Made by a program: the position numbers and the translations under genes
Source of the DNA: a virus
DNA length: 64,000 nucleotides
Virus record (IMG/VR): IMGVR_UViG_3300006094_000039
Coordinates: 5,230 to 69,229 of that record
Strand: one strand, 5' to 3'
The notes under the pieces: generated by a model
What the model was told of the DNA's origin: nothing
Database searches by the model: none
Seen by the model: only the letters and a program-made list of their open reading frames with translations
In this document: positions 1 through 9,489 of the stretch, in pieces
How the letters are laid out: each line of letters opens with the position of its first letter
Position numbering within the stretch: position 1 is the stretch's first letter

Positions 1-745
1 TCTCTTATACGATACAATCTCTAGTATCTTAAGGTTTCGTGTATTTGATTAGCAACTTGAAGCAGACAAAAGGAACTCGTGAGCATTATATCCAGATTGC
101 ACCTAGCCAAACCTAACCTAAAATATCGCAAATCGGCCTGAAATTGTACGAGAAGGACACTTTGCGCTTGCTAAATCTGGCATTTCTATAGTAGATCATA
201 ATATTAGCAGGTATGAAGGAGTCAGGTGATTATTTACCTATTAGCAGAAGAAAAAACTCGTAATCGAAGCCTGTACTATCAAGGATCTTTAAGGCCTTAT
301 TCATATCGACAAGGGTCTTAAACTCGAATCTGAACGGAAAAAGAGAACCTCTGACTCATTTTTCCTTATACGCGATATTTTGTTACTCACTGATTGGCTT
401 TAACCTTTGATCCCTAAGAACCGTCATCAGTAGAGATGCCGCGTCATCCAATCATTCCGTTGGATGAGTCTCCACATCCCCCTGAGATACAACCACCTCA
501 TGCAGATTAAGCCTCCTGGAATTAGCTTGCTCAGCAAAGGCTCTGGCTGCAGAACCCACACCTTACCAGATGATAGCTGAGGCCAGTTCTTCCATAGAGA
601 CATACTTCTGGGGCTGCCAGCATCTCCATGGCCAGATGGACTTTTGGATCTAATGAGCTTCTGAAGTCTGCAGTTTTTTCCATAGCTTCAAATGGAGTTA
701 TGAATTAAAAGGTTTTAAAGCATAAAAGAGTAAAAGTGAATCTAA

Positions 746-1153
746 TTAGCTTACAAATCTCCTCTTTGCCTCAAGCATTAGAGCCATCATTTCCTGCTGG
801 AGAAGGGACTCCTCTGTTCCCTCATCACTTGCCTGCATAAAATTAATGGTGACATCTTTCTCCATGCCCTGGCCTGTGATGCCCTGCCATTTTAGGCGAT
901 ATTTTGCCTCTACAAGGGCCATGCTAGAGTCATCCTCAGGCTCCACCCTGGTGACCTCAGTGGCAGTTATAGTCATCTGCAAAGTTCTTTGTCCTAACTT
1001 GAAGCCATAAGCCGTTTTATCACTCTTTAATAAGGCTCCAGCTTCTGTCTTAGTTAGGCTACACCCCTCTTCAGCTGGGCAGGCTACTTCAGGCCCCTTT
1101 TTCTTATCATTTCCACCCATATCAATCATCCTCTTTCTTCGCGATCTCTCCAT
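746..1153 (-). CDS. Hypothetical viral protein
   Basis: ORF with a GGAGG RBS and viral codon usage, co-oriented with its neighbours. Confidence 0.6.
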   Translation of the reverse strand: MERSRRKRMIDMGGNDKKKGPEVACPAEEGCSLTKTEAGALLKSDKTAYGFKLGQRTLQMTITATEVTRVEPEDDSSMALVEAKYRLKWQGITGQGMEKDVTINFMQASDEGTEESLLQQEMMALMLEAKRRFVS

Positions 1154-1185
1154 AAGCCTCCGGCATTCCCATAGAATCCATGGGA

Positions 1186-1674
1186 TTAATGGCTCCTTCT
1201 TTTCTCTCTGGATCTCCTGGGATTTGCTGTAGTTTTAGTCCGAACCAGCTCCAGCCCTGGGAGGGCTTCCTGGACCTCTTTCTCCAAGGGATTCCTGCCA
1301 GTCTTATGCATCAGCTCTAAAGCCTCCTGGACTGAAGGGTCCTTCTTTCGAGGCTCAGACTTTTTTCCCATCTGCCACCCATCCCTGGCTTTCAAAGCTG
1401 CAGCACTGACACAGCGACCACCCCTTATGATGATCTCCCTGGCAATAGTGGCTGGACTCGGCTCCTCATCAGCTTTCAGCGTGATTTCCATGAACCTCCT
1501 GGAAAGCATCCCAGGCTCTTCAGGAATATCTTGGCCCATGAACTTGATTTCATACTCCACACCCCAGTGGACCATGGGCGTATTCTTCCGATAACCCACT
1601 TCCTTGAAGTATGTCCTAAAATCCTCCAGGACTTCAGCTTTCACTATCTCAATGCTGAAGGAAAAATCATTCAC
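1186..1674 (-). CDS. Hypothetical viral protein
   Basis: Abuts the upstream ORF; viral codon usage. Confidence 0.65.
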   Translation of the reverse strand: MNDFSFSIEIVKAEVLEDFRTYFKEVGYRKNTPMVHWGVEYEIKFMGQDIPEEPGMLSRRFMEITLKADEEPSPATIAREIIIRGGRCVSAAALKARDGWQMGKKSEPRKKDPSVQEALELMHKTGRNPLEKEVQEALPGLELVRTKTTANPRRSREKRRSH

Positions 1675-1965
1675 TTAAGATGGCCTCCTGTTGCTGACTT
1701 TGATCTTTACCCCATCCAGCTCCAGCTGGCCATCCTCCACCAGGGACTGAATAGCCTGGGCTATATCTGTCACCTCACATCCCTCTGGCAGAAGGGCCTC
1801 AAAAATATCATTAAAGGTGATAGGCTCCAGTGTGCCATCTGCCATCTGTTTCACTCTGTTGCTTAATCTTGTATCGATGTCCATAAGATTCACTCCCTTA
1901 TCAGCTGCCTCCTCCTTTGTAGGCAGGAGTCCCCGCCTTTGGCTGTTCATCTTCCTCCTCTCCAT
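1675..1965 (-). CDS. Hypothetical protein, possibly a small winged-helix-like domain
   Basis: Operon position; C-terminal DIAQAIQSLVEDGQLELDGVKIKV resembles a wHTH recognition helix and wing (weak). Confidence 0.55.
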   Translation of the reverse strand: MERRKMNSQRRGLLPTKEEAADKGVNLMDIDTRLSNRVKQMADGTLEPITFNDIFEALLPEGCEVTDIAQAIQSLVEDGQLELDGVKIKVSNRRPS

Positions 1966-2905
1966 AATCAGGCCCTACCAGCTCAGCAGGAAGATCCTTG
2001 ATCCGGAATCCTGCAGCCTTCTTATGGCCTCCTCCACCAAACTCCCTGGCCAGGGCCGATAAATCCAAGTCATCCCTGTCTGTCCTCATGGAGACACGCC
2101 AGAAGTTCCCTTTTGCATTCACATAGCCCAGGACACCCTGATGAACGGAAGGATCAAAAGCTGAGGTCTCTTTGGCGGAATTGATCCCTCCACCGTTCAT
2201 TACCAGCCAGGTGATACCGTTCCAGGTGGTGGTGAAGGCATGCCCATTTATGAAGTTCTTAAGCTGTTTATCTGCATATCTCTTCACAGCCAGTCCCTGC
2301 AGGATAATGCTGGTCACTGCAGACCTCAGGACCTCACTATCTTTGATCTCCAGGAGATGCCTCCAGCATTCATAGCCCTCATCAGTGGCAGGATCAGTCT
2401 CCCTGGCCTTCATACCAAACTGGAAAGGAACGACTATATTTTCCCAAAGCCCCATGTCGTTCTGATCCCACCTGTCATAGAGGCCTATCCATTGGACGAA
2501 GTTAGGCATAGGATAGGTCTCCAGGGTCTCGGGGTGATGCCAGAAGTATCTCCAGACCAGCTCACAGGCAGCTCCCTCTGAAGATCTGATTCCCTTAATG
2601 CCCTCCATCCAGGCATGGCCTTTGTCTTTGGGATCAGCGAGACTTGTCTGATGGTGATCAATCCAGTGAAGGTGGCACAGCTCATTGAGATTTACCATCT
2701 CCTGGACGGGCTGCAGGGCAAAGTCCACCATGAAAAGAATGTCCTCTGGCCTGATTGTCTCATAGGGAAACGGCTCTCCATGGTTGATTGGCAGCATCTG
2801 GATGGGCTCTTTTACCTTCTCCTGCTCCTCCAGCCAGTATCTGACCAGGGCTCCTGAGAGATGGCCGTCCAAGTCTGAAGAATGATAAGCTATAATGAAT
2901 TTCAC
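1901..2905 (-). CDS. DHH/DHHA1 family phosphoesterase
   Basis: Motifs YHSSDLDG, MVDF, WIDHH and C-terminal GGGGHKKAAGF. Confidence 0.9.
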   Translation of the reverse strand: MKFIIAYHSSDLDGHLSGALVRYWLEEQEKVKEPIQMLPINHGEPFPYETIRPEDILFMVDFALQPVQEMVNLNELCHLHWIDHHQTSLADPKDKGHAWMEGIKGIRSSEGAACELVWRYFWHHPETLETYPMPNFVQWIGLYDRWDQNDMGLWENIVVPFQFGMKARETDPATDEGYECWRHLLEIKDSEVLRSAVTSIILQGLAVKRYADKQLKNFINGHAFTTTWNGITWLVMNGGGINSAKETSAFDPSVHQGVLGYVNAKGNFWRVSMRTDRDDLDLSALAREFGGGGHKKAAGFRIKDLPAELVGPDYGEEEDEQPKAGTPAYKGGGS

Positions 2906-3072
2906 AGAAATCCCTTCCCATTTCCAAAGTTAAACCTGACTCTCTGGGCCACCTCTACCAGAATGGGCAGAGTCTCCTTTGTTATGAACAGATCATAGGT
3001 GCCTGCCCTGATGTACTCCTTTCCGTCAGAGATCTCCACAAACTTGATATTAAGCCCTGTTATCTCTGCCAT
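2902..3072 (-). CDS. Small hypothetical protein (56 aa, MAEITGLNIKFVEIS...), below the ORF-track cutoff
   Basis: Hand translation; its TGA overlaps the GTG of the DHH gene (GTGA coupling). Confidence 0.6.
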   Translation of the reverse strand: MAEITGLNIKFVEISDGKEYIRAGTYDLFITKETLPILVEVAQRVRFNFGNGKGFL

Positions 3073-3649
3073 TTACTACCAGACTCCTTCCTGCCCTGTT
3101 GAATGCTGCAGCACTGACAACGGCCTGACCCTTAGGGGCTTTCGTTTTCTTTTGTCTATCCTTATTTTCAGGTCTAGCCTCTTCAGCAGGCTCACCAGGA
3201 TCTGATTCTCCTCTCTCCTCCTCCAGCCTCAGGGCTTTGTCCACATCGTCCAGCAGCCTCTTCTCTGCAGATCTTTTCTGAGCAACAGTAGGCTCAGGGT
3301 CCTTCCTGGCCATCTCTTCCTGCCAGGCTTTTTCCAGTGCGGCCCTCTTCTCTGCTTTGTTGATCTTAGGATCAAGAGCCCTGTCCTGCCTAAAGCCCTC
3401 AGGAAGGCCGCTAATATATTGGCCAGCATCTGCAGGTAAAGCCATCTCTGCTGCAATGGACCCCTGGGGCAGTCCCATCTCCTCTCCCTTTTCTGGATCT
3501 CCCAGAGTTTGCTGGCAATCCTGACAGTGCTTCGCATAGCACTTTTTGCCAAACCCCAGCCTTCTCCACCTGGGATTTTTCAGTAGCCTATGACACCTCA
3601 GACACCTATCATGATCAATGTGATATGCAGGGATGACCTCTATCTCCAT
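3050..3649 (-). CDS. DUF6011-like zinc-binding protein with a charged, disordered tail
   Basis: CLRCHRLLKNPRWRRLGFGKKC matches the CxxCxRxL...GxGxxC pattern. Confidence 0.6.
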   Translation of the reverse strand: MEIEVIPAYHIDHDRCLRCHRLLKNPRWRRLGFGKKCYAKHCQDCQQTLGDPEKGEEMGLPQGSIAAEMALPADAGQYISGLPEGFRQDRALDPKINKAEKRAALEKAWQEEMARKDPEPTVAQKRSAEKRLLDDVDKALRLEEERGESDPGEPAEEARPENKDRQKKTKAPKGQAVVSAAAFNRAGRSLVVNGRDNRA

Positions 3650-3652
3650 TGT

Positions 3653-3931
3653 TTATCCCTCATTATGGGCCGGGGCCTTCTTTGTCTCAGCATCCACTTC
3701 CCGATGCATGATTCTCTTTCTGGCCTCTCCTTGAGCCTTATTCTTCATCAGCCAGGCCCTGGTCTCTTCAGGCCAGCCTATAAGGAGCCCGATGCATAGC
3801 GTAATAGTTCCAAAGAACCAGGCAATAATGCCAGGGATAATGAATGCCATGGAAACCAGTACTCCCACAATGGCAGCCAGGCATCCTATAAGGATTAGCA
3901 GTGTGCCTATAGCTTTCGCTATTCTAGTCAT
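3653..3931 (-). CDS. Small membrane protein (2 TM)
   Basis: Two hydrophobic helices; GGAGG RBS; operator-bearing promoter upstream. Confidence 0.7.
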   Translation of the reverse strand: MTRIAKAIGTLLILIGCLAAIVGVLVSMAFIIPGIIAWFFGTITLCIGLLIGWPEETRAWLMKNKAQGEARKRIMHREVDAETKKAPAHNEG

Positions 3932-3945
3932 ACTTTTAAGTCCTC

Positions 3946-3976
3946 CTATGGCATCTATGGTTACTATGGTATTTAA
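3946..3976 (-). promoter_or_regulatory. TATA box plus three CYATRG boxes
   Basis: Minus strand TTAAATA CCATAG TAA CCATAG ATG CCATAG GAGG. Confidence 0.7.
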
Positions 3977-4010
3977 GGGTTATGCCAAAATAGAATGGGC
4001 CAGAGAAGAT

Positions 4011-4493
4011 TCAGCTTGCAATGCTTTCCTTCCTCATGGTTACATAATCAGAGGCTTTCATTCTCTTTGTCTTCACTCCACCTAAGGACTGGAAAGTCCT
4101 CTCCAGGATCTGGACCCAGGCATCTCTCTTATCCAGGTAACCCTCTATGAGAGAGTCCTGCTTTTCCAGGATATCCAGAATCCTGATGGCATCCCCAGCC
4201 AGCATAATGTTCACCAGGCCTCCCGTCCAGATGTAAGTCCAGACAGTATCTCCCTCTGGCTCATGAGCAGTCATGGTAACCTGCTCATCACCCTGGTAGA
4301 TGATCTCCACAATAAGGGTCCTGCCGCTGATCTCCACAGTTTTTGTCAGACCCAGCACGTCCGAAAAGTAGCATCCAGAGGATTCTCCATAGATAAGGGC
4401 AGTCTCCAGCAGCTTCAGAATCCTGTCCCTCATCATCTGGTAAATCTTATTGTGAATTTGTGCGTTATCTCCTAACAGATTTTCGTGCTTCAT
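4011..4493 (-). CDS. Hypothetical protein, probable paralog of 4490..5068
   Basis: ATGA-type overlap with the upstream gene; shares a GGxVN...LxxL(D/E) segment. Confidence 0.65.
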   Translation of the reverse strand: MKHENLLGDNAQIHNKIYQMMRDRILKLLETALIYGESSGCYFSDVLGLTKTVEISGRTLIVEIIYQGDEQVTMTAHEPEGDTVWTYIWTGGLVNIMLAGDAIRILDILEKQDSLIEGYLDKRDAWVQILERTFQSLGGVKTKRMKASDYVTMRKESIAS

Positions 4494-5068
4494 GGTAGTG
4501 CATCCTCCTCTTCCATCTTCTGCATAATGGCAGCATGCTCTGCCTTAGAGGCCATTTTTATATCCAGTCCACAGCCTATGGCTCCATCCAGAGCATGGGG
4601 CTCAGTGGTCCCATCTATCTGCTGGAGCTTCTTCTCCATCTCTGTTAGCATTCTCACCCTTCTCTCCCTTAGGACTCTGATTGCCACTAGAGAATCCTTC
4701 ACTTCCTGGTCCCAGTCCTTCCCAATCACCTCTGGATCTGCAGGTGTTTCCAGGACAGTCTTCCAAACAGTTTCCAGGACCTGGAGCCCTTCCTGCAGCA
4801 CAGGCAGATTTACGAAGCCTCCCCTCAGCAGATAATGGGTTCTTGTAGGCCTGCCCTCCCACTGAGCTGACAACTCTATTCTCTGTTCTGTTATAGCCAG
4901 GAATGCTATGACTGGAGCCTCACCAACAAAGCAGGGGATCTCAAATCCCAGGCAGTCAGTGTCCTTATTGATGCACTTAAATCTTAGAAGGTCCAGAAGG
5001 TCTTTCACTTCCTGGGCTAAAAGACTGGAAAGGTGTCTCTCCTTTGCCTCAAAAGATTGCATGTCCAT
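4490..5068 (-). CDS. Hypothetical protein
   Basis: GGAGTGAG RBS; viral codon usage. Confidence 0.65.
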   Translation of the reverse strand: MDMQSFEAKERHLSSLLAQEVKDLLDLLRFKCINKDTDCLGFEIPCFVGEAPVIAFLAITEQRIELSAQWEGRPTRTHYLLRGGFVNLPVLQEGLQVLETVWKTVLETPADPEVIGKDWDQEVKDSLVAIRVLRERRVRMLTEMEKKLQQIDGTTEPHALDGAIGCGLDIKMASKAEHAAIMQKMEEEDALP

Positions 5069-5095
5069 CCAGACTCACTCCCTTTAGATATTCGT

Positions 5096-5434
5096 CTATA
5101 ACTTACCAAAGCTCCTGGGCACCTGGATCTTGAATGGATCTCTTATGGGTTTGATTGCCATTATCCCATTCATTTCCATCTCCAGCTGCTGAGAAATAGC
5201 TTCAGTAGCATTCATAGAGACATTCTGGCCATTGACCTGGGACGTGTAGACCAGGCCTCCTGGAGAGAGGGCCACAAACTGGTCATGTAAGTTTGTCTTT
5301 GTCGTTTGCACTTCTGTATAGACAGTCCCATTCCCTTTGGCCACGATCTCTGATATTACTTGCACTTCTCCCATGCCAGGCCAGATAGTGAAAATTGCCA
5401 GACATAATGCCAAACAAAGAATAATGCTCTTCAT
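5096..5434 (-). CDS. Secreted or signal-peptide protein
   Basis: N-terminal MKSIILCLALCLAIFTIWPGMG signal-like segment. Confidence 0.65.
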   Translation of the reverse strand: MKSIILCLALCLAIFTIWPGMGEVQVISEIVAKGNGTVYTEVQTTKTNLHDQFVALSPGGLVYTSQVNGQNVSMNATEAISQQLEMEMNGIMAIKPIRDPFKIQVPRSFGKL

Positions 5435-5435
5435 T

Positions 5436-5633
5436 TTAGATCATCTCCTGGTAGTGCTTTTCACAAAGCCACAAACCAAAATCTGGCCTCCACTTTGAGG
5501 AACTCCCACACCTAAGTCCCTGGATCACAAAGGCAGCACAGCGTCCTTCTGTGATAGGCTCCTCTACGATGGTCTCCTCTGGTACAACAGTAGCCCCAGA
5601 ATCATTGAGAAGATTAAAATTAACTGCCAGTTT
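5436..5633 (-). CDS. Unannotated small C3H zinc-finger ORF without a standard start codon
   Basis: Open frame KLAVNFNLL...RCAAFVIQGLRCGSSSKWRPDFGLWLCEKHYQEMI*; the stop sits 1 nt before the next ATG; paralog at 6384..6530. Confidence 0.55.
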   Translation of the reverse strand, partial: KLAVNFNLLNDSGATVVPEETIVEEPITEGRCAAFVIQGLRCGSSSKWRPDFGLWLCEKHYQEMI

Positions 5634-6213
5634 TCAGCCTCCTTAGGCCCTTTGTCTGCTTAGGAGGCTTTGTGATAACCTCCTTAAACTGCAGGGCATG
5701 AGTGGGCAGAGCTGTCATGCCAGGCTGGGCCTGATACCAGTCATAAAGGAAAAGAATCTCCCTGGCCAGTTTGTTGATCCTTTCAGACCTGAGTCTCAGG
5801 TGAGCTTCAAGATCCTCTTTGATCTTCTTATCCAGCTCAGGGTCCTTAATGTTCTTTGGATTCTCTTTGTCTCCCTTCAACCTATCCAGGCCAACATGCC
5901 TGTTATCTATCAGGGCCTGATCCAGAGCCTTCAGCCTCTCCACCAGATCTTTGGCCTCAGGAGGCATCTCCTCTGGATTGATAACCACTACACTCTGCTT
6001 TGTTTTCTCTTCCAGGGCTGAATTCCCCTTCTCCAAAGCAGCAGCTATCTTTGAAGCTGCAGGACTGCTCAGGCTCATGGCTCCTGCCATAGCTTTATTT
6101 GTAGCCTGCTCTCCTGTGACTTTTGTAGCTGCAGCCTCTACTGCAGTATCCCCTCCCAAAGCTACCTCTGACGTAATTTTATTCCTCCTGAAAAATGGAA
6201 AATTTGGCCTCAC
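5620..6213 (-). CDS. Hypothetical coiled-coil protein (start uncertain)
   Basis: ORF track; helical and charged; the true start is probably downstream of 6213. Confidence 0.6.
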   Translation of the reverse strand: MRPNFPFFRRNKITSEVALGGDTAVEAAATKVTGEQATNKAMAGAMSLSSPAASKIAAALEKGNSALEEKTKQSVVVINPEEMPPEAKDLVERLKALDQALIDNRHVGLDRLKGDKENPKNIKDPELDKKIKEDLEAHLRLRSERINKLAREILFLYDWYQAQPGMTALPTHALQFKEVITKPPKQTKGLRRLKTGS

Positions 6214-6277
6214 CAGCCGGATAAGGTCTGCCCACTAATGGTTGCTGCACTTTATGGGCACTTTTTCTCATATCCAT
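6179..6277 (-). CDS. 32-aa ORF (MDMRKSAHKV...) directly after an operator-bearing promoter
   Basis: GGAGG 6 nt before the ATG; first ORF of the transcript. Confidence 0.4.
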   Translation of the reverse strand: MDMRKSAHKVQQPLVGRPYPAGEAKFSIFQEE

Positions 6278-6295
6278 TATGGGCCTCCAGCAATG

Positions 6296-6318
6296 CCATA
6301 GATTCTATGGTATTTATA
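6296..6318 (-). promoter_or_regulatory. TATA box plus palindromic operator
   Basis: Minus strand TATAAATA CCATAG AAT CTATGG. Confidence 0.75.
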
Positions 6319-6383
6319 GATTGCTCAAAGATGGCTGTAGATTACTAGATTCTTATAGATAAAACAAAAATCTATGGATTAAC

Positions 6384-6530
6384 TCAGATATACTGAGTCA
6401 CCATACCAGCGTATTGACTCCACTGCCTAACAATAGCTTTAAACTCTCTATAGTGCTTCCCACAAAGCCACTGGCCCTGGTCAGCCCTCCAGGTGCCTTC
6501 TCTAGCACAATGATGAGATTGACAGTCCAT
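6384..6530 (-). CDS. Small C3H zinc-finger protein (48 aa)
   Basis: Hand translation MDCQSHHCAREGTWRADQGQWLCGKHYREF...; follows the dCMP deaminase gene. Confidence 0.6.
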   Translation of the reverse strand: MDCQSHHCAREGTWRADQGQWLCGKHYREFKAIVRQWSQYAGMVTQYI

Positions 6531-6538
6531 GGTCTCAC

Positions 6539-7006
6539 TTAAGCTCCAAATTTACAGTTTACGTCCACGGCATCAATCAGCTTGTTTGTCTTCACTCTGG
6601 CAGCCTGCAAAAAGAGAATCCCATCTCTATCAGGATAGTCCTTTAGCCAGACTACCCTGGCCACTCCTGCATTCACCATGGACTTTGCACAGCCCAGGCA
6701 TGGCTGCAGAGTAGTGTAAATAGTGGCTCCTCTACAGCTGGGGCCATACTGGGCACACTGGAGGAGGACATTTTCCTCGGCATGGACAGCTCTGCAGATG
6801 TCCAGCCTCTCTCCAGAGAGGATAGCATCCCTGGAGCAGCCTACTTGATCACAATGAGGCAAACCTGAAGGGGCTCCATTGTAGCCTGTGGCTATGATCC
6901 TCTTACCCTGGACTGCCACAGCTCCCTCCTGTCTGTGGAGGCAGGTGGACATTAGAGCTGCCACTTCAGCAAAGGCCATGAAATACTGGTCTAGGGAGGG
7001 CCTCAT
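6539..7006 (-). CDS. dCMP deaminase
   Basis: STC..RQ.GAV, TGYNG, HAEEN and PCLGC zinc-deaminase motifs. Confidence 0.93.
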   Translation of the reverse strand: MRPSLDQYFMAFAEVAALMSTCLHRQEGAVAVQGKRIIATGYNGAPSGLPHCDQVGCSRDAILSGERLDICRAVHAEENVLLQCAQYGPSCRGATIYTTLQPCLGCAKSMVNAGVARVVWLKDYPDRDGILFLQAARVKTNKLIDAVDVNCKFGA

Positions 7007-9489
7007 TATCCCACCACCATGCCAAAGCTATCAGCACTATGCCTGAACCGGTCTTCCACTTCTTGTTTTTTAGCCCTATTGAACCCACTCACGGCCTGGC
7101 AGTATCCTGTGACCCTGGTGATCACATCCACTGCAGTGGAGCCACATACAGGACACTTCTTTACTCTGCCCTTTAAAGTGCTGGCACAGTCCAGGCAGAT
7201 GCTGATATCCCTGGTGAAGGCAAAGTATCCCACATCTGAAGTAGTGGCTATATCCTTTATGACCTGCCAGAGATCAGAGGCCCATGTGGTGAGGAGCTTA
7301 TCCTCCAGTTTCCCCTTCAAGATCTGCTTCTCATAGTATCTGGCCATCTTGAGATCTCCAGAATCCCTGGCATCTCTGACCTTCTGCTGAAGCTCTGCCT
7401 GCCTGTCAAAGTGAGCTGAGATCAGTGGAAAACAGTCATCCACAAAGAGATGCATGATGTTTCCGCCATCTACCAATGGGAAGAACTGGCTCTCCCTCTC
7501 TACCTGATATCTCACCGTCTTAGGAGTGGACATCTTAAGCATGGCTCCATTGGTGTAATAGACAGGGACATCCAGGGTCTGAGGCAGTAGCTTCATAGCT
7601 TCCTCTACATTGCCATTGACCACTCCCAAAGCCATCTCCCTATAGTCTTCACAGTCCAGGTCCAGGGCAGCAAACCTCTGGGCTACAGTCTCAGCTGGAG
7701 TCCTGGCTAGAACCATATGCATGCCATGCCTCTCTGACAGCTCCTGGCAGTACAGTTTCATGAGATAGACTGCCTTCATGGCAAAGTCCCAGCCAGCCTC
7801 CTCAGCATCTCCCAGCTCATGGCCAGTCAGGATCTTTGCCACTTCATTCATTCCCACGATGCCAAAAGCATAGACCAGCTGCTCAAAATCTACCAGAGCC
7901 TGCCCAGGTTTTCCCATATAAGGATCTCTGGGCCTCTGGGTGGCAAAAGGAATCCTATCAGCAGCCAGGGCCTGGTCCATCCAGATCTTCTTCTGCTGAA
8001 AGACCTCCACTGCAGAGTCCATAACGGCCCTTACCTCCTCCATGAAAATATCCAGGGCAGTGTCTTCAGTCCAGGCCATCTTATCCAGCCTCTGCTTTGC
8101 TCTCATGGCAGCCCTGGGCATATTTCCCGTCACCACCTGCCAGCCGCCCATAGAGAAATGTTGACCACTTTCGAAGTCCATTTTTGCATTAAAGAGTGGA
8201 TCGTCCTCAGGTCGAGATGAAAAATGATAGCTGCAGCACTGGTAGCAGGTAATTCCATCTCCATCAGCGTTCCTATACTCAGGGATCTCATTATCGAAGT
8301 ATGGAGAGCCGTAGATTATGGCCAGCTTTGCCACCAGGGTGTAAAGCTCCTCTCTGGTGGGCACTCTCATGCCATAATACTGGTGATCTTTCCAGTATTC
8401 AGCATCAGGGTCAGCCATGAACTCCATGAACTCCTTTGAGAGCACTATCTCAGGCTTAGGGAATGAGAAGGGCTTTCCCCAGGCATCTCCTTCCAGGAAG
8501 ACCTCTATCAGGGCTTTGAATGCCAGCCTGACCACAGGCTCCAGCTCTCCATACACCCATCTCCTCTCTTCATGGACCCCATCAAAGATCTTTCCATAAG
8601 CCACCACTGGCCTCTTCTTCCAGACTTTTGGGACACCTGGGGTGAGCTGGACTGAGCTGAATACCAGCTGGCCTCCACGGGCCACCATCATCTGGGTCAT
8701 CTCATAGACAAACATCTGCATAAGCTGCTTTATGCTTAGGGTCTTAGGGTCCTTTGAAGTATAGGGAAGCTTATCCAGGTAAGGAGCTATGAAAGTCAGG
8801 AAATTGTAATAGCCCTGGCCTCCTGCAAAGTTGGTCTGAGCCGATCCCAGGGCCTTTACTGCATGGAGGATGGCCACCTCTGGCCTCTTTGCAGGGCCTG
8901 CCACTGATGCCTTTGTGCCTTTGCCATCTGGCATCAGGCCATAATAGAAGAAGTACCTGAGATCATGGTCCTGGCAGAAGGGCCTGGTGCCAAAGTACTC
9001 CAGGTCATGAATATGGAGGTCTCCCTCAAGGTGTCTTTGAGATAGGTGTGGAGGCAAAAGCAGGAGATACTGCTCTTTAGACATCCTATCAGCCTTCTTC
9101 TTATGGCTGGTCTCTGCATTATCCTGCAGGTTTGCGTTTTCCTTATCCTCTTTCCCTCTGCCCACGTCCATCTGACAGGCATCATAGACTGGAGTGCCCA
9201 CCCTGGTGAGAATGTTTCTATGGACATTATGACCCCTGAGGAGAAGCTCTGAATTGACCACCTCTCTGATGAGGGGTGCTGTGAGATAGGGATAGGGCAT
9301 GGTCCTGAGAGTCTTTTCTACAGAAAGAGCTATAGATTCAGCTTCTTCCCAGGAGAGCCCTGGCACTTTGAAGAACCTGGGAGCCAGCTCCTGAGTCTCT
9401 TTGATCAAAGACTGTACAATCTTGGTCCTATCAAAAGGCCTGATCCTCTCCTGGGAGGTAATAACTGTTAGATGCTGCATGCTTTTCAC
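7006..9489 (-). CDS. nrdD: Class III anaerobic ribonucleoside-triphosphate reductase with ATP cone
   Basis: N-terminal ATP cone (PFDRTKIVQSL), HIHDL, RTPAE, C-terminal CxxC...CxxC and RVTGY glycyl-radical motif. Confidence 0.95.
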   Translation of the reverse strand: MKSMQHLTVITSQERIRPFDRTKIVQSLIKETQELAPRFFKVPGLSWEEAESIALSVEKTLRTMPYPYLTAPLIREVVNSELLLRGHNVHRNILTRVGTPVYDACQMDVGRGKEDKENANLQDNAETSHKKKADRMSKEQYLLLLPPHLSQRHLEGDLHIHDLEYFGTRPFCQDHDLRYFFYYGLMPDGKGTKASVAGPAKRPEVAILHAVKALGSAQTNFAGGQGYYNFLTFIAPYLDKLPYTSKDPKTLSIKQLMQMFVYEMTQMMVARGGQLVFSSVQLTPGVPKVWKKRPVVAYGKIFDGVHEERRWVYGELEPVVRLAFKALIEVFLEGDAWGKPFSFPKPEIVLSKEFMEFMADPDAEYWKDHQYYGMRVPTREELYTLVAKLAIIYGSPYFDNEIPEYRNADGDGITCYQCCSYHFSSRPEDDPLFNAKMDFESGQHFSMGGWQVVTGNMPRAAMRAKQRLDKMAWTEDTALDIFMEEVRAVMDSAVEVFQQKKIWMDQALAADRIPFATQRPRDPYMGKPGQALVDFEQLVYAFGIVGMNEVAKILTGHELGDAEEAGWDFAMKAVYLMKLYCQELSERHGMHMVLARTPAETVAQRFAALDLDCEDYREMALGVVNGNVEEAMKLLPQTLDVPVYYTNGAMLKMSTPKTVRYQVERESQFFPLVDGGNIMHLFVDDCFPLISAHFDRQAELQQKVRDARDSGDLKMARYYEKQILKGKLEDKLLTTWASDLWQVIKDIATTSDVGYFAFTRDISICLDCASTLKGRVKKCPVCGSTAVDVITRVTGYCQAVSGFNRAKKQEVEDRFRHSADSFGMVVG

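Noticed and set aside
443-452. GTCATCCAAT shared with 28632-28641, and an 8-bp hairpin at 444-467
   Set aside because: A 10-mer match is expected many times by chance in 64 kb; the hairpin alone does not establish a terminator or att site
476-683. Possible small gene or pseudogene on the minus strand
   Set aside because: No frame gives a convincing ORF; the best-looking frame is interrupted by a TAA
6383-6420. Hairpins that looked like a tRNA fragment or ncRNA
   Set aside because: They lie inside the 48-aa zinc-finger ORF and lack tRNA arms
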